Assembly (NCBI GenBank): GCA_041489155.1
Contig: JBGPQP010000009.1
Coordinates: 1 to 51,705 of the forward strand
Direction of reading: 5' to 3'
Source: Candidatus Aenigmatarchaeota archaeon
GTDB lineage: Archaea; Aenigmatarchaeota; Aenigmatarchaeia; QMZP01; QMZT01
DNA: 51,705 bases
A program made the translations under genes and the position numbers. The notes under the pieces are model-generated. The model ran no database searches, was not told the DNA's origin, and saw only the letters and a program-made list of their open reading frames with translations. Position 1 is the first letter of the stretch; every line of letters starts with the position of its first letter. Below are positions 8,931-18,627 of the stretch, in pieces.

Positions 8931-10232
8931 CTATTTTTTCCTGAGGAATGTTTTCAGGTTGATGTAAACAAGGTAAGCCATTATCGCGACTATTGCCACC
9001 AGGATCAGGAGCATTACCGAGACCGCCAGTCTGGTGATGAACGAGACGTACATCTCCTTGCATTCGTTGTCCCAGCACCCGTATTTGCATCTCTCGACGA
9101 TGTCCCACCCGAAACCGTCGGCTGAGCATTTCTGGAGCACGTCGCCGGCGCATCTCTTCTCCTCGCCCGAGCAGGCCGGCTTTGTTTTTACGCAGGCTTT
9201 TTCGTTTTTATCGCAGCCGTTTTCACACTGGGTGACGCTTTCCCAGACGCCGCCCGGGGAGCATGCCTGCAGATAGCTGTCGTTGCATCGCCTGTCTCCC
9301 GTCTGGCATGCCGCCTTTTGCATGCCAATGATTGAAAATATGGAAAGCGAGGAAAGCTCCGACCTGTAATAGGCGTAAAGGGAGTCCTCTTTCAGCAGGG
9401 CTGCCGCAAGGTTCTCCCATCTCCCGTCCGTAGAATATCTCATTAGGAAAACTCTTGTTACATCTATGCCGTTGTCCAGCATCCATTTTTTCTCAACCCC
9501 GAAGTCTATCGTGGCGTTTTTCAGGTTTCCAGCAAGGTTCTCGTGCCTTATTTCTAAATACTGGTAGATTTTTCCCGGCGGTTCGCTTACCGTCCGGGGC
9601 AGTTCGTAAATCCTGTATATTTCTATCCTTACGTACCGGGTTTCATTTCCAGCGACAAGCGCTACGCGAGAAAAGGCGATAAGGGCGTTTTTTATTTCAA
9701 GCCATACAGGCACGCCCGGCAGAAGCCTATCCCAGACCGCGGATGAGGTTGCGTTTGAAAGCGTGGTATACATGCCCGACGGGCCGGACGGGGCAGCGGA
9801 TGGCGGAGAGTATACGGTGAAAGACGTCAGCATCGAGGTCAGGTTGCTCTGGCCGTCATAGCTGCTGGTGATGTTGATGGTGAGATTGGCAAGAAAATCG
9901 CCGCTAAGGCTCGGCGTCCAGCTGAAAGCGAAGCTCCGGTTCTGGTAGCCGGAAACATTTCCCTGAAATACGTCTGCGGTGTATACGATAGAGCCGTCTT
10001 TTATTATGCTCAGGTTGCCGCTCACGTTCAGGCCTGTCGTTCCGTTGTTCTCGAAGAGCAGCATGAACGGCACGGCAGCGGGGTAGGTCACGTCTCCCGC
10101 TGAAAACTCAGGAACGCCCCAGCCCAGGAGCTGGCTGACATCCACAACCGCCGTGGCGGCGAGCGATGGCGATGCAAAAAGGGCCTGCGCGCATAGCATC
10201 AAGAGGATGCCCAGAAACAATTTCTTCATCAT
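8931..10232 (-). CDS. Secreted PGF-pre-PGF domain protein with Cys-rich repeats and a C-terminal TM anchor
   Basis: Signal peptide; IYQYLEI...NATIDFGVEKKWM...LMRY...W..L...SSLSIFSI; two C-x4-RC-x5-LQxC-x5/6-W-x5-C-x2-GC repeats; C-terminal TM. Confidence 0.75.
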   Translation of the reverse strand: MMKKLFLGILLMLCAQALFASPSLAATAVVDVSQLLGWGVPEFSAGDVTYPAAVPFMLLFENNGTTGLNVSGNLSIIKDGSIVYTADVFQGNVSGYQNRSFAFSWTPSLSGDFLANLTINITSSYDGQSNLTSMLTSFTVYSPPSAAPSGPSGMYTTLSNATSSAVWDRLLPGVPVWLEIKNALIAFSRVALVAGNETRYVRIEIYRIYELPRTVSEPPGKIYQYLEIRHENLAGNLKNATIDFGVEKKWMLDNGIDVTRVFLMRYSTDGRWENLAAALLKEDSLYAYYRSELSSLSIFSIIGMQKAACQTGDRRCNDSYLQACSPGGVWESVTQCENGCDKNEKACVKTKPACSGEEKRCAGDVLQKCSADGFGWDIVERCKYGCWDNECKEMYVSFITRLAVSVMLLILVAIVAIMAYLVYINLKTFLRKK

Positions 10233-11434
10233 CTTCTAGTCCTCTTTGAACGGAACCTGAACAGCAGCAATGCGATTATTAAAAGCGCCGCGGCTGCGAC
10301 GGCGAGAGTCGTGTAATCAAGGCCCCTGGGAAGGGCTTCGCCGCCGGGGTTAACGTTTATGTACGATTCCTTGGTTTCTGTTGTCTTGCCTCCGTAAACG
10401 ACCTGCCCCCTAACCAAGTACTGCCCGGGGAATTCGGGCTTGAAATACGCCGACAGCACAACGACCTTGCCTACCGGGACCTCGAGCTCGTCGCTTTCAA
10501 CTACGTTTACCAGCCTGTTGGCATTGTAAATTTCTCCCTTCAGTTTGCCGATGATCATCATTTCGCCCTGGTTCTCGAAATAGGCGTCTATCTTTACGAC
10601 ATCCCCCACGTTCGCCCAGGGCTCGTTCCAGATTTTCTGGAGCATGCCGCTTTTCCTGAGGGTCCCTCTTTCGAATATGTTGAACGAAAGCTCCTTTTCC
10701 GCCAGTTTTTCGCTGTCCAAGAAAACCGTTACCTTTCCAGTGTACTCGCCGATCGGCAGGCCTTTTGTGTCGACCATTATCTTGATTATGCTCATCTTGG
10801 TGGGCAGGATGGTTGTTGTGCTGTGAGTAATGGTTTTCAAAACTTCGGACGTCCCCTTTTTCATAATTTCTATTTTTATGAGGGGCGCAATCATAACGTT
10901 GCCGTCGTTGGAGATGGAAACCGAAAACTCGGCGGGCAATTCCTCCTCGGTGTCCTTCGCGTCAATTAATATCACGCTTGCCTTTTTTATTTCGTCGCCT
11001 GTTACCCTTACCGTCACGTCGCAAACCGCTCCTGTGGTCACCTCCGCACCGACTCCGCTTCCTCCGGTCTTTGCCGCCGACGTGGTTGCGATTATGCTAC
11101 CCGTGTAAAGGCCGTTGGCCGCGTCTGACGGCGGCCTGACCATGATGCTTATCCTTTTCATGTCGCCGCTGCTGAAGGTAATGTTTTCTGACGGCTCGAA
11201 GGTTATCCAGTCCTTGACCGCGCCCTCTGCCCTCATCGTGAGGTTCAGGGACGTTGCGCTCGAGGTGCTTACGCTGACCGTTCCTTCTGCGTACCCTCCC
11301 TTAAGGACGTTGTCAAACTGTATGGACGCAGGGCTTACCCCTATGCTGACCGCCTGCGCAGAATCGGCCGCAAGACAACAGGATGTTGCAAGCAGGAGCA
11401 AAAACAATATCGGCTTTATTGTGATTTTTTTCAT
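10229..11434 (-). CDS. Secreted multi-Ig-like protein with a C-terminal TM anchor (DUF916/WxLIP-like)
   Basis: Signal peptide; IGVSPASI...DWITF...PSDAANGLYTGSI; TM plus basic tail. Confidence 0.65.
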   Translation of the reverse strand: MKKITIKPILFLLLLATSCCLAADSAQAVSIGVSPASIQFDNVLKGGYAEGTVSVSTSSATSLNLTMRAEGAVKDWITFEPSENITFSSGDMKRISIMVRPPSDAANGLYTGSIIATTSAAKTGGSGVGAEVTTGAVCDVTVRVTGDEIKKASVILIDAKDTEEELPAEFSVSISNDGNVMIAPLIKIEIMKKGTSEVLKTITHSTTTILPTKMSIIKIMVDTKGLPIGEYTGKVTVFLDSEKLAEKELSFNIFERGTLRKSGMLQKIWNEPWANVGDVVKIDAYFENQGEMMIIGKLKGEIYNANRLVNVVESDELEVPVGKVVVLSAYFKPEFPGQYLVRGQVVYGGKTTETKESYINVNPGGEALPRGLDYTTLAVAAAALLIIALLLFRFRSKRTRR

Positions 11435-11445
11435 AAAATCATCAG

Positions 11446-12297
11446 TCAAGTATCCTCCACTGCAGTAAATGTTATGGTGCCGGAGTAAATAAGGTTCTCT
11501 ATGGTTTCAGGTACGCTTATCTTCCAGTACGTCTTGCTCGTGCTGACTGTCGTCGTCCTCTTGACCAAGCTGAAATTCGCATAAGTGGGTGATGCTGACA
11601 GGGAAGTCATGTTCACGGTATAGTCGCTGCCAGGGTACGTGACGTTGTACTTGATATTGCCGACCGTGATGTTGGTCACGGAAGCGGAAACATTGGTGAG
11701 GTTCGTGCCGCTCAGGTTGAGGTCAAGCGCAACATTGCCGCAGTTTGTCACCGTGTTGTTCACGTCGCTGGCGCTTGTCACGCCGGGAGCGAGGGTGCCG
11801 AAGTTTATGGCGACCTCGGCGTCAAGCGCACGGAGCGTGTTTATGGTTATGTTGTCAGTCGAGTTGCTTGCGGAGTTGCCTGTCGAGTCGTTGGCGTAAA
11901 TCTTGCAGGTCCAGTTGGAGGGGTTGGCATAGTACTGGACGGTGAAGGAGCAGTTGACGGTGACGGTATAGAGGGAAATGTTTGTCTCAAGCGCGCAGCT
12001 GTAATTGGTATAATGCAAGCTGTTGTCGTCAGACGTTTCTTCGAGTGAATTCAGGCTGTCCCACAAGGTCGCGTTCACGTTGTCTATATCTTCCCAAGTG
12101 TCGTCGTCGCTTATGGTTGCATTGCACCATATCAGGACCGTTAAGCAGGAGTTCAGGTCAAGGAGATCCGTCGCCACAACATCCGCGACAATCGGGGCTC
12201 CAGGGTTTGCGAAAACTCCCATCCTTGCAGCCAGAAAAGCGATTAGAATGCATGCAGGCAAAACTACCAAAAGTTTTAATGCGAACCCCATTTGCAC
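11446..12297 (-). CDS. Secreted Asn/Thr-rich beta protein, paralog 2
   Basis: Signal peptide; many NxS/T sequons; ends YWKISVP...YSGTITFTAVEDT. Confidence 0.8.
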   Translation of the reverse strand: MQMGFALKLLVVLPACILIAFLAARMGVFANPGAPIVADVVATDLLDLNSCLTVLIWCNATISDDDTWEDIDNVNATLWDSLNSLEETSDDNSLHYTNYSCALETNISLYTVTVNCSFTVQYYANPSNWTCKIYANDSTGNSASNSTDNITINTLRALDAEVAINFGTLAPGVTSASDVNNTVTNCGNVALDLNLSGTNLTNVSASVTNITVGNIKYNVTYPGSDYTVNMTSLSASPTYANFSLVKRTTTVSTSKTYWKISVPETIENLIYSGTITFTAVEDT

Positions 12298-12663
12298 ACC
12301 CGATAGATTATGTAAAATAACTGGAAATAAAAAAGGCAGCCAAAAGCCTCCAGGCTGGGCTTTCTACGTGTCTTCAACAGCCGTGAATGTTATGGTTCCG
12401 CTGTAAATCAGGTTTTCTATGCTGGAAGGTATGGCTATCTTCCAGTACGTCTTGCCCGTACTGACTGTCGTCGTCCTCTTGGCCAAGCTGAAATTCGCAC
12501 GAATCGACGATGCCGAGAGGGAAGTCATGTTCACGGTATAGTCGCTGCCAGGGTACGTGACGTTGTACTTGACGTTGCTGACCGTGATGTTGGTCACGGA
12601 AGCGGAAACATTGGTGAGGTTCGTGCCGCTCAGGTTGAGGTCAAGCGCAACATTGCCGCAGTT
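11600..12663. repeat. Near-identical direct repeat between the two paralogs (11600-11745 vs 12518-12663; also 11887-11956 vs 12805-12874)
   Basis: Offset 918 nt; by eye, 146 nt with 3 mismatches and 70 nt identical. Confidence 0.85.
12329..12363 (-). terminator. Hairpin plus U-tract after paralog 1
   Basis: Minus strand reads AAAGCC-CAGCCTGGA-GGCTTT...TTTTTT. Confidence 0.45.
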
Positions 12664-13236
12664 GGTGACGGTGTTGTTCACGTCGTCCGTGCTTGTTCCG
12701 CCCGGGGCAAGGGAGTCGAAGTTTATGATGTCCTCCGCGTCAATCGCGCGGAACGTGATTATGGTTATGTTATCGGCCGAATTGCTGGCGGAGTTGCCTG
12801 TCGTGTCGTTGGCGTAAATCTTGCAGGTCCAGTTGGAGGGGTTGGCATAGTACTGGACGGTGAAGGAGCAGTTGGCATTCACGTTCGAGCCGGAGCCGCC
12901 GCTCAAAAGGCACGTTAAATTTGTATAATGGTTATTGTTGTTGTCGCTGTCGCCTTCCACCGCATTTAAACTGTCCCAAATAGTAGCGTTTGCATGCTGA
13001 ACGTCGTTGTAACCGTTTGCATCGGTTATAACCGCACTGCAATTGATGGTGACCGTGCCGCACGGGGAAGAAATATCCACATCATCCGACGCTGTTACCG
13101 TCCCGACTGTGGGAGCGGCACCGGTTATTGTCACGCTGGTCGAAACGATGTCATCACCTAAAACAAAAGGCATTAACACAAAACATAAAATTATGACTCC
13201 AAACACAGAAGGATAAACAAAGCTGCCTGTTTTCAT
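12364..13236 (-). CDS. Secreted Asn/Thr-rich beta protein, paralog 1
   Basis: Signal peptide; GGAGGGG SD-like sequence upstream; ends YWKIAIP...YSGTITFTAVEDT. Confidence 0.8.
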   Translation of the reverse strand: MKTGSFVYPSVFGVIILCFVLMPFVLGDDIVSTSVTITGAAPTVGTVTASDDVDISSPCGTVTINCSAVITDANGYNDVQHANATIWDSLNAVEGDSDNNNNHYTNLTCLLSGGSGSNVNANCSFTVQYYANPSNWTCKIYANDTTGNSASNSADNITIITFRAIDAEDIINFDSLAPGGTSTDDVNNTVTNCGNVALDLNLSGTNLTNVSASVTNITVSNVKYNVTYPGSDYTVNMTSLSASSIRANFSLAKRTTTVSTGKTYWKIAIPSSIENLIYSGTITFTAVEDT

Positions 13237-13404
13237 AAACCCCCTCCTCTAATTATAATATTTTTTACTTCTTAATAAACTTTTTAACGCTTGCCCTAAA
13301 ATTGACTACTCTTAGGTCTTTAATTTTTTTGTTCCAAACCTGTTGATATAACTAAAAATTGCGTGTACGGCTTGTAATTCAATGCTGCCGGTGTATGATT
13401 GTGC

Positions 13405-13674
13405 CTAGTCTTTGCTGTAGATTCTGAACTCTTCAGCGAGCTTTTTGTCTTCCTTTTCAAGCTCCCTCAGAACCATCTGGCGTATCTCAGACGTCTTGAC
13501 TTCTTCCCTGTCCTTGAAGCAGTCAGCGACTCTTTTGCAGACTCTTTCGGCGATGCCCCTGACCTTTATCTTGTTGAGTTTCCTGACATTCTTGCCGGCC
13601 TTTTCTATGCTTTTCCTGATTTTGTCCTTTTTGAATTCTTCCAGACCGTAATCCCTTTTGACGACGTGGGTCAT
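13405..13674 (-). CDS. Stand-alone ATP-cone domain protein
   Basis: VVKRDYGLEEFKKDKIRKSIEKA...TSEIRQMVLREL. Confidence 0.85.
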   Translation of the reverse strand: MTHVVKRDYGLEEFKKDKIRKSIEKAGKNVRKLNKIKVRGIAERVCKRVADCFKDREEVKTSEIRQMVLRELEKEDKKLAEEFRIYSKD

Positions 13675-13814
13675 ACCATCTATTATCAGACTTGGAAAGC
13701 TGTTTTAAAAGCGCGTCTGGACCCGAAAATGAGTAAAAAATCTGAAACTGGAGGTGTTCCCGGAACTAAGGATTTTATTTTTCAAGAGATCTGGAATTCT
13801 CTTATTCTATTGCC

Positions 13815-14081
13815 CTACTCTTTTCTGTGCGACCTGAATTCGCTGGCTATCCTTCTCTCTTCCCTGTCCAGCTCGCTCAGGACCCTGTCACGGATGTCGC
13901 TGCTGTCGACTTCGTCCCTGGATCTGAAATAGTCCTCAACCCTTTTTGCAACCCTGGTGGCGATTTCCTTCGCCTTCTTGCTGTCGATTTCAGCCCTTCT
14001 GGAAGCTCTTTCTATGCCCTTGCTGATTTTGTCTCTCTTGAATTTTTCTCTTCTGCCATTTCTTTTTATTACGGTTGTCAT
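13815..14081 (-). CDS. Stand-alone ATP-cone domain protein
   Basis: VIKRNGRREKFKRDKISKGIERA...SSDIRDRVLSEL; start at MTTVIK. Confidence 0.85.
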   Translation of the reverse strand: MTTVIKRNGRREKFKRDKISKGIERASRRAEIDSKKAKEIATRVAKRVEDYFRSRDEVDSSDIRDRVLSELDREERRIASEFRSHRKE

Positions 14082-14154
14082 AACCTTCCCCCGTAGAGAG
14101 TTGGGCCGGGAATTTAAAAAGATATGTTTAAACAATAGTTTAAACAATAAATGC

Positions 14155-14754
14155 CTAAAAATCAGCCGCAGTTTTTTCTACCGGCCCGTTCGGCTTCTTC
14201 TCGGAGAAAATCTCAGAGCGGAAACTGAAAAGCTGCGCCTCCTTTGAGAGCCACGCGTCGCCTGGGAGGAAGGCCTTGTTGCACAGATGTTCCAGGAAAG
14301 TCGTAGCGTCCCACCCGTACTCGACAGGCACCTGCGGCAGCAGGAGGCCTGAATGCATGCCCATTTTTATCATCAGTCCGTCCCTGCCTATCCTTATCTT
14401 CTGCGGGTATTCCTCAGGCTTTCTGGCAGCAAGCCTCTCGGGCTGGGTGAGAATCGAAAGCTCGACGATTATCTTGCCGAGCTCTTCCTTGCCGAGTTCG
14501 GGGAAGCGAGGGTCCTGCGTCGCTTCGAGGGCGGATTCTATTATCGCGTCGACGAGGCGCAGATGCGGGTAGGGGAAGCCTATGCAGCCGCGCAGGTCGC
14601 GCTCCGGATATGTGTGCAGCGTGGTGAAGACGCCGGACTTGACGAGGAACTCCTTGCCGCACTTCGGCCTGTCGATGCGCTTGCCGTTTCTGGTCCATTC
14701 TTCTATAGCGCGTCTCGCGAGCTTCACGGCGAACTCGCCCTGTTTCCTGTCCAT
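14155..14754 (-). CDS. AMMECR1-domain protein (TIGR00296-like)
   Basis: GVFTTL, LRGCIG, DPRF, GRDGL, SGLLLPQV. Confidence 0.92.
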   Translation of the reverse strand: MDRKQGEFAVKLARRAIEEWTRNGKRIDRPKCGKEFLVKSGVFTTLHTYPERDLRGCIGFPYPHLRLVDAIIESALEATQDPRFPELGKEELGKIIVELSILTQPERLAARKPEEYPQKIRIGRDGLMIKMGMHSGLLLPQVPVEYGWDATTFLEHLCNKAFLPGDAWLSKEAQLFSFRSEIFSEKKPNGPVEKTAADF

Positions 14755-15410
14755 CAGTACCCCTTCCTCTTGAGTTTCTTCAGGACGCCTTTCCTTCTTA
14801 TCCACAGCTCACCCGCCTCCCTGTCCAGGGGCGTGACCTTCCTAAGGGTAACTGCCATGCCCCTCCTCATGATTTTTTCATGCGGAATTCTGTCCAGATA
14901 CGCCGCTATGAAGGCGATTCGCTTCTCGGTGGTCATCCAGCCCCTTGCGTCGAACCTCTTCAGATCCAGCGGCTGCCTTGAGAAGCCGCGCATGGTTTTC
15001 TTTCCCCAGTAGTTGAAGTAGAGTTCGAAAAATGACATCGACAGCTCGCGTATCGTTTTGTAGACGGGCTCGTGGAAAGCGAAGAAGGTGTATTTAGACT
15101 TGCCTATCGCGCCCCAGCGTCTGTTCTTTTTGAAAACAGCGAGAACGTGGTCGGTGTCGTCCGCGGATGATGTAAGGTCGATCACCAGCGGAGGGTAACC
15201 ATGGAAGCGCAGTGCCGCCGCCGCAAAAATAGCGGCCTCGAAACAGTTGGCCGTCTTATTTTTCAGGACCAGTCTGGGAGAATAGTATGTTTCTCCTTTC
15301 TCCTCAAGATTGTATTCAAGCCCGTCCAGGAAATCCTGGATTTTCTTGGGCGTGTCGAGCTTCGAGAGGATTTTGCATTCTTTTGCGGAGAAGCCGAATT
15401 TCTGCGCCAT
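14754..15410 (-). CDS. Transglutaminase/papain-like fold hypothetical protein
   Basis: SPRLVL...ANCFEAAIFAA...DHVLAVF...WGAIGKS (Cys and His candidates). Confidence 0.65.
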   Translation of the reverse strand: MAQKFGFSAKECKILSKLDTPKKIQDFLDGLEYNLEEKGETYYSPRLVLKNKTANCFEAAIFAAAALRFHGYPPLVIDLTSSADDTDHVLAVFKKNRRWGAIGKSKYTFFAFHEPVYKTIRELSMSFFELYFNYWGKKTMRGFSRQPLDLKRFDARGWMTTEKRIAFIAAYLDRIPHEKIMRRGMAVTLRKVTPLDREAGELWIRRKGVLKKLKRKGY

Positions 15411-15443
15411 GATTATTAAATTGGGTTGTGGTGCTATTTAATT

Positions 15444-16451
15444 TTATATTTTAAAGGGGTAGAAGTTGAATTTGTGAACTTTTGAAACCTGTAATGTGTT
15501 ATATTCTTTTATGATGTCCGAAAAGTTGGATTTTATTTCCATCATTATCTGCCTGAATTGATTCGCATTATCAACGTCCATATTTATCTCCAAATCCCAT
15601 CTTCCCAGCGATTTCGAATGGAACCAGATATTGGGCTGAACATTGCAGTATTGAAAAAATGTTTTTTCCTTTTCTTCTGTCAAATTCCGCAATGAAAAAA
15701 GAACCTTGTAAGAATTTTGATTCAGCAATGAAAAATTAAGTAGCAGAATGTAATTATGGATGATCTGAGCCTTTTCCAATTTTCTAATCCTGACCGCCAC
15801 GGCATCGGGGCTCAGCCCGATTTTTTGGGCTATTTCAACAACAGACATTCTGGCGTCCATCCCCAAATAATGCAATATCTTTTTGTTGATGCCGTCAATT
15901 TCTGTTTTTTCTGGTCTGGAACCGAAGTACATGGGTTTTCTCAATTTTTCCGATGATACCCCAACCAGATAATCTTTATAAAAAAACGAGGAAAAAACCA
16001 TGATGATCAATTCTTTTTCTGCGATGTAATTTCCGTATCTGTTCTCCAGATCTTTGATTATGTCATACAATTCGGATGTGCTTCTTGCCAAAACATTAAA
16101 TACGATATCAAACATGCCGTCGCAACTGATCAGAAATTGGACATTCTGGTGATTTCTGAGATATTCGATTATTTCTTTTTGTTTTTCTACGTCTACATTT
16201 TGCAGCCGCATGAATATCTTATAAGTTGTGAACCCCAATTTCGAAGTGTCGTAAACCGCATAGAATTTTTCAACGACCCCGGCTTGAATCAGTTTATTTA
16301 TTCTGTAGATAACGACCTGTTTACTCAACCCTACCCTTTTACCTATTTCAGAGGCCCTCCTTCTTGCATTAATGTCCAGTTCGTACAGTATTTTTTTATC
16401 TTTCGAATCCAACTGGGCAAATTCCTGTTTCATCTCCTTTATTTTGACCAT
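15444..16451 (-). CDS. Lrp/AsnC regulator with two tandem HTH-RAM units
   Basis: LDSKDKKILYELDINAR...IGKRVGLS and IDGINKKILHYLGMDARMSVVEIAQKIGLS; AT-rich. Confidence 0.9.
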   Translation of the reverse strand: MVKIKEMKQEFAQLDSKDKKILYELDINARRRASEIGKRVGLSKQVVIYRINKLIQAGVVEKFYAVYDTSKLGFTTYKIFMRLQNVDVEKQKEIIEYLRNHQNVQFLISCDGMFDIVFNVLARSTSELYDIIKDLENRYGNYIAEKELIIMVFSSFFYKDYLVGVSSEKLRKPMYFGSRPEKTEIDGINKKILHYLGMDARMSVVEIAQKIGLSPDAVAVRIRKLEKAQIIHNYILLLNFSLLNQNSYKVLFSLRNLTEEKEKTFFQYCNVQPNIWFHSKSLGRWDLEINMDVDNANQFRQIMMEIKSNFSDIIKEYNTLQVSKVHKFNFYPFKI

Positions 16452-16577
16452 ATTTAATACTTTTTCTTGTTACACATTTAAATATATCGTTTTTGACAAA
16501 ATAATCTAGAATAAGTTTTATAATATTAATTTTACTACTAAATAATAGAAAAATATAAAACTGATGGGGGTGGGGTG

Positions 16578-17606
16578 ATGCCGCAAAAATTATTGAAATT
16601 CACACCCAAGTATTATGAATCACGTGGAGGTGGCCTGAGCGAAGCCACCTACTTGGGACTCAACATTTCCGATAGGTGTAATTACAGATGCAAAAAATGT
16701 GTGCAGGGTTCCCCCTATAGAAGTGGAACAGAGCTGTCGATAGATGATTTCATGGGTTTAGTTGCGAGGGCAAAGGATGAATTGGGAACAAAGGCGTTAT
16801 TCATAGCTGGTCGCGGAGAAACACTTTTGGCAGGGCGTGGGGAATCGGAAGAAGAGTATTTACAAAATTATAGAAAATTGGTCGGATTTGCAGGCAAAAA
16901 AGATATTGATGTGCTCCAATTTACAAACGGATACCACCTGGACAAAAGTATGGTTGACTTTTTAGGGGACAGGAATGTTTCGTTGGTTGTCAGCATAGAC
17001 TCATTGGATGGTAACAAGTATCTTGATTTGTGCAGGGGGCCGAAAGATTCGTTTGTAAAGGTTATGAAAAATCTCGAATATGCGAGAAAACGTTTTCCAA
17101 TGGAAGGGGGTGAAAATGAGAAAATATACAGATTGGCCATTAACATGGCAGTCAGCCACGACAACTTCGAAGAGGTCGACAAAATTAAGGAGTTTTGTAA
17201 CGATGACCTGATGTTTATCTGCAACTATCCCATCATAAGGGGGAATTTCAAGAGATACTTAGAAGAGATGTGCAAGTCCAAAGCTGAGTATGAGGCATTC
17301 AAACATAAAGTTCTGGAGGCATCAGATAACAATGGTTTCAGCGGAACTACCTATGACGGAAGGTGCGGATTCATTTATCATGGATTAAGCATCGATTCAA
17401 ACGGGAACGTATTGCTGTGCCCCTACGATCCGAGTACAGGAAATTTGTTTGGAAACATAAAGGACTACAAGAATATGGAAGAAGCGTTGATGAGAGTCAA
17501 AACAAGCGTCCTGAAACATTCTGAGCAGAATCCGACAAGCAGAATTTGTTTTTTGAGAGATGCGGAAAATTATGGCAGATATCCCGCAATAATTCCTGAA
17601 AAATAA
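16578..17606 (+). CDS. Radical SAM protein with SPASM/Twitch-like C-terminal cysteines
   Basis: CNYRCKKC, GRGET, FTNG, VSIDS, CG...GNVLLCP; AT-rich. Confidence 0.88.
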   Translation: MPQKLLKFTPKYYESRGGGLSEATYLGLNISDRCNYRCKKCVQGSPYRSGTELSIDDFMGLVARAKDELGTKALFIAGRGETLLAGRGESEEEYLQNYRKLVGFAGKKDIDVLQFTNGYHLDKSMVDFLGDRNVSLVVSIDSLDGNKYLDLCRGPKDSFVKVMKNLEYARKRFPMEGGENEKIYRLAINMAVSHDNFEEVDKIKEFCNDDLMFICNYPIIRGNFKRYLEEMCKSKAEYEAFKHKVLEASDNNGFSGTTYDGRCGFIYHGLSIDSNGNVLLCPYDPSTGNLFGNIKDYKNMEEALMRVKTSVLKHSEQNPTSRICFLRDAENYGRYPAIIPEK

Positions 17607-17615
17607 AATTATTTT

Positions 17616-18584
17616 TTATTCTTCTATTTTCCTTTTCAGAAGCCTGTTGGCTGCCTTCAGGAAATCATCAAACTTGTCGAAGGGAATCCTCGCCCCAGCG
17701 GCCTGGGAATGCCCGCCGCCCGAGCCTCCCACCGCTTCGGCGGCGTCTTCGGCGAGGGAGTTGAGCTCAACCGAATAGTCGCGGCTTCTAATCGTTATGT
17801 CCAGGTTGTTCTTCCTGTTGTAGACGGCCATGCCGACCCTGCTGTTAGTCACGGTCGCCGCGAAGAGCGCGGAAGGCCCGCGGAAGCCGAACGAATACAT
17901 GTCCTTCACGTAGCCTATGTCGCCCAGCTTTTTCGCGTTCTGCTTTATCATCTCGTAGAGGCTGAACTCGTCCTTGACGACCCTTTTCGCCGCTTCGACG
18001 AGGCCCGCGACATCGGAAGGATTGTGGCCTTCCGCAAGGGTCTGCACTATCAGCCTCTTGGCGTCGTAGCCCTCGAAGTCCTTGTCCTTTATGCCCAGGA
18101 AAATCGTGCTCGCCTGGAAATACAGCGCCCTCGCGTCCCAGCTCAACAGGCGTTCTTTCACGAATTCCGTGCGCTCCTCGTAGTCGCCTATCGCGCCGTA
18201 AATCGCGAGCCATATCCTTTCGCTCGGCAGCTCCTTCTGGTAATATCTGTATATCAGCTCCGAGGCGCTGCCCTCGCCGTTTATGTAAACTGAAATCGTT
18301 TCCCTGATTTTTTTCATCGCCTTCTCCGGCAGGGGATGGTGATCGAAATAGAGCACCTCGCTTTTCCTGCTCTTCTGCTCGAGCAGCCCGATTACCTCCG
18401 TGATGTCCTTGCGCGTGATGGCGATATCCGCGATGATTATCCTGTCCGCATCCTGCGCGTTGAGGTCGTCGTAAAGCGAAACAGGTTTCGTGAAAAATAC
18501 GTCCGCGTCCGGGAACCTGGAGAGTGCTATCGCGCCAGCGCAGATGCCGTCGCAGTCCGAATGCGTGAGGATGACGGTTTTCAT
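17616..18584 (-). CDS. DHH/DHHA1 phosphoesterase
   Basis: THSDCDG, FDHH, GSGGGHSQAAGA. Confidence 0.9.
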   Translation of the reverse strand: MKTVILTHSDCDGICAGAIALSRFPDADVFFTKPVSLYDDLNAQDADRIIIADIAITRKDITEVIGLLEQKSRKSEVLYFDHHPLPEKAMKKIRETISVYINGEGSASELIYRYYQKELPSERIWLAIYGAIGDYEERTEFVKERLLSWDARALYFQASTIFLGIKDKDFEGYDAKRLIVQTLAEGHNPSDVAGLVEAAKRVVKDEFSLYEMIKQNAKKLGDIGYVKDMYSFGFRGPSALFAATVTNSRVGMAVYNRKNNLDITIRSRDYSVELNSLAEDAAEAVGGSGGGHSQAAGARIPFDKFDDFLKAANRLLKRKIEE

Positions 18585-18627
18585 AATAGAGAATTGCCGG
18601 AGCGCAAATAAATAAAGCTTTCAGAAA

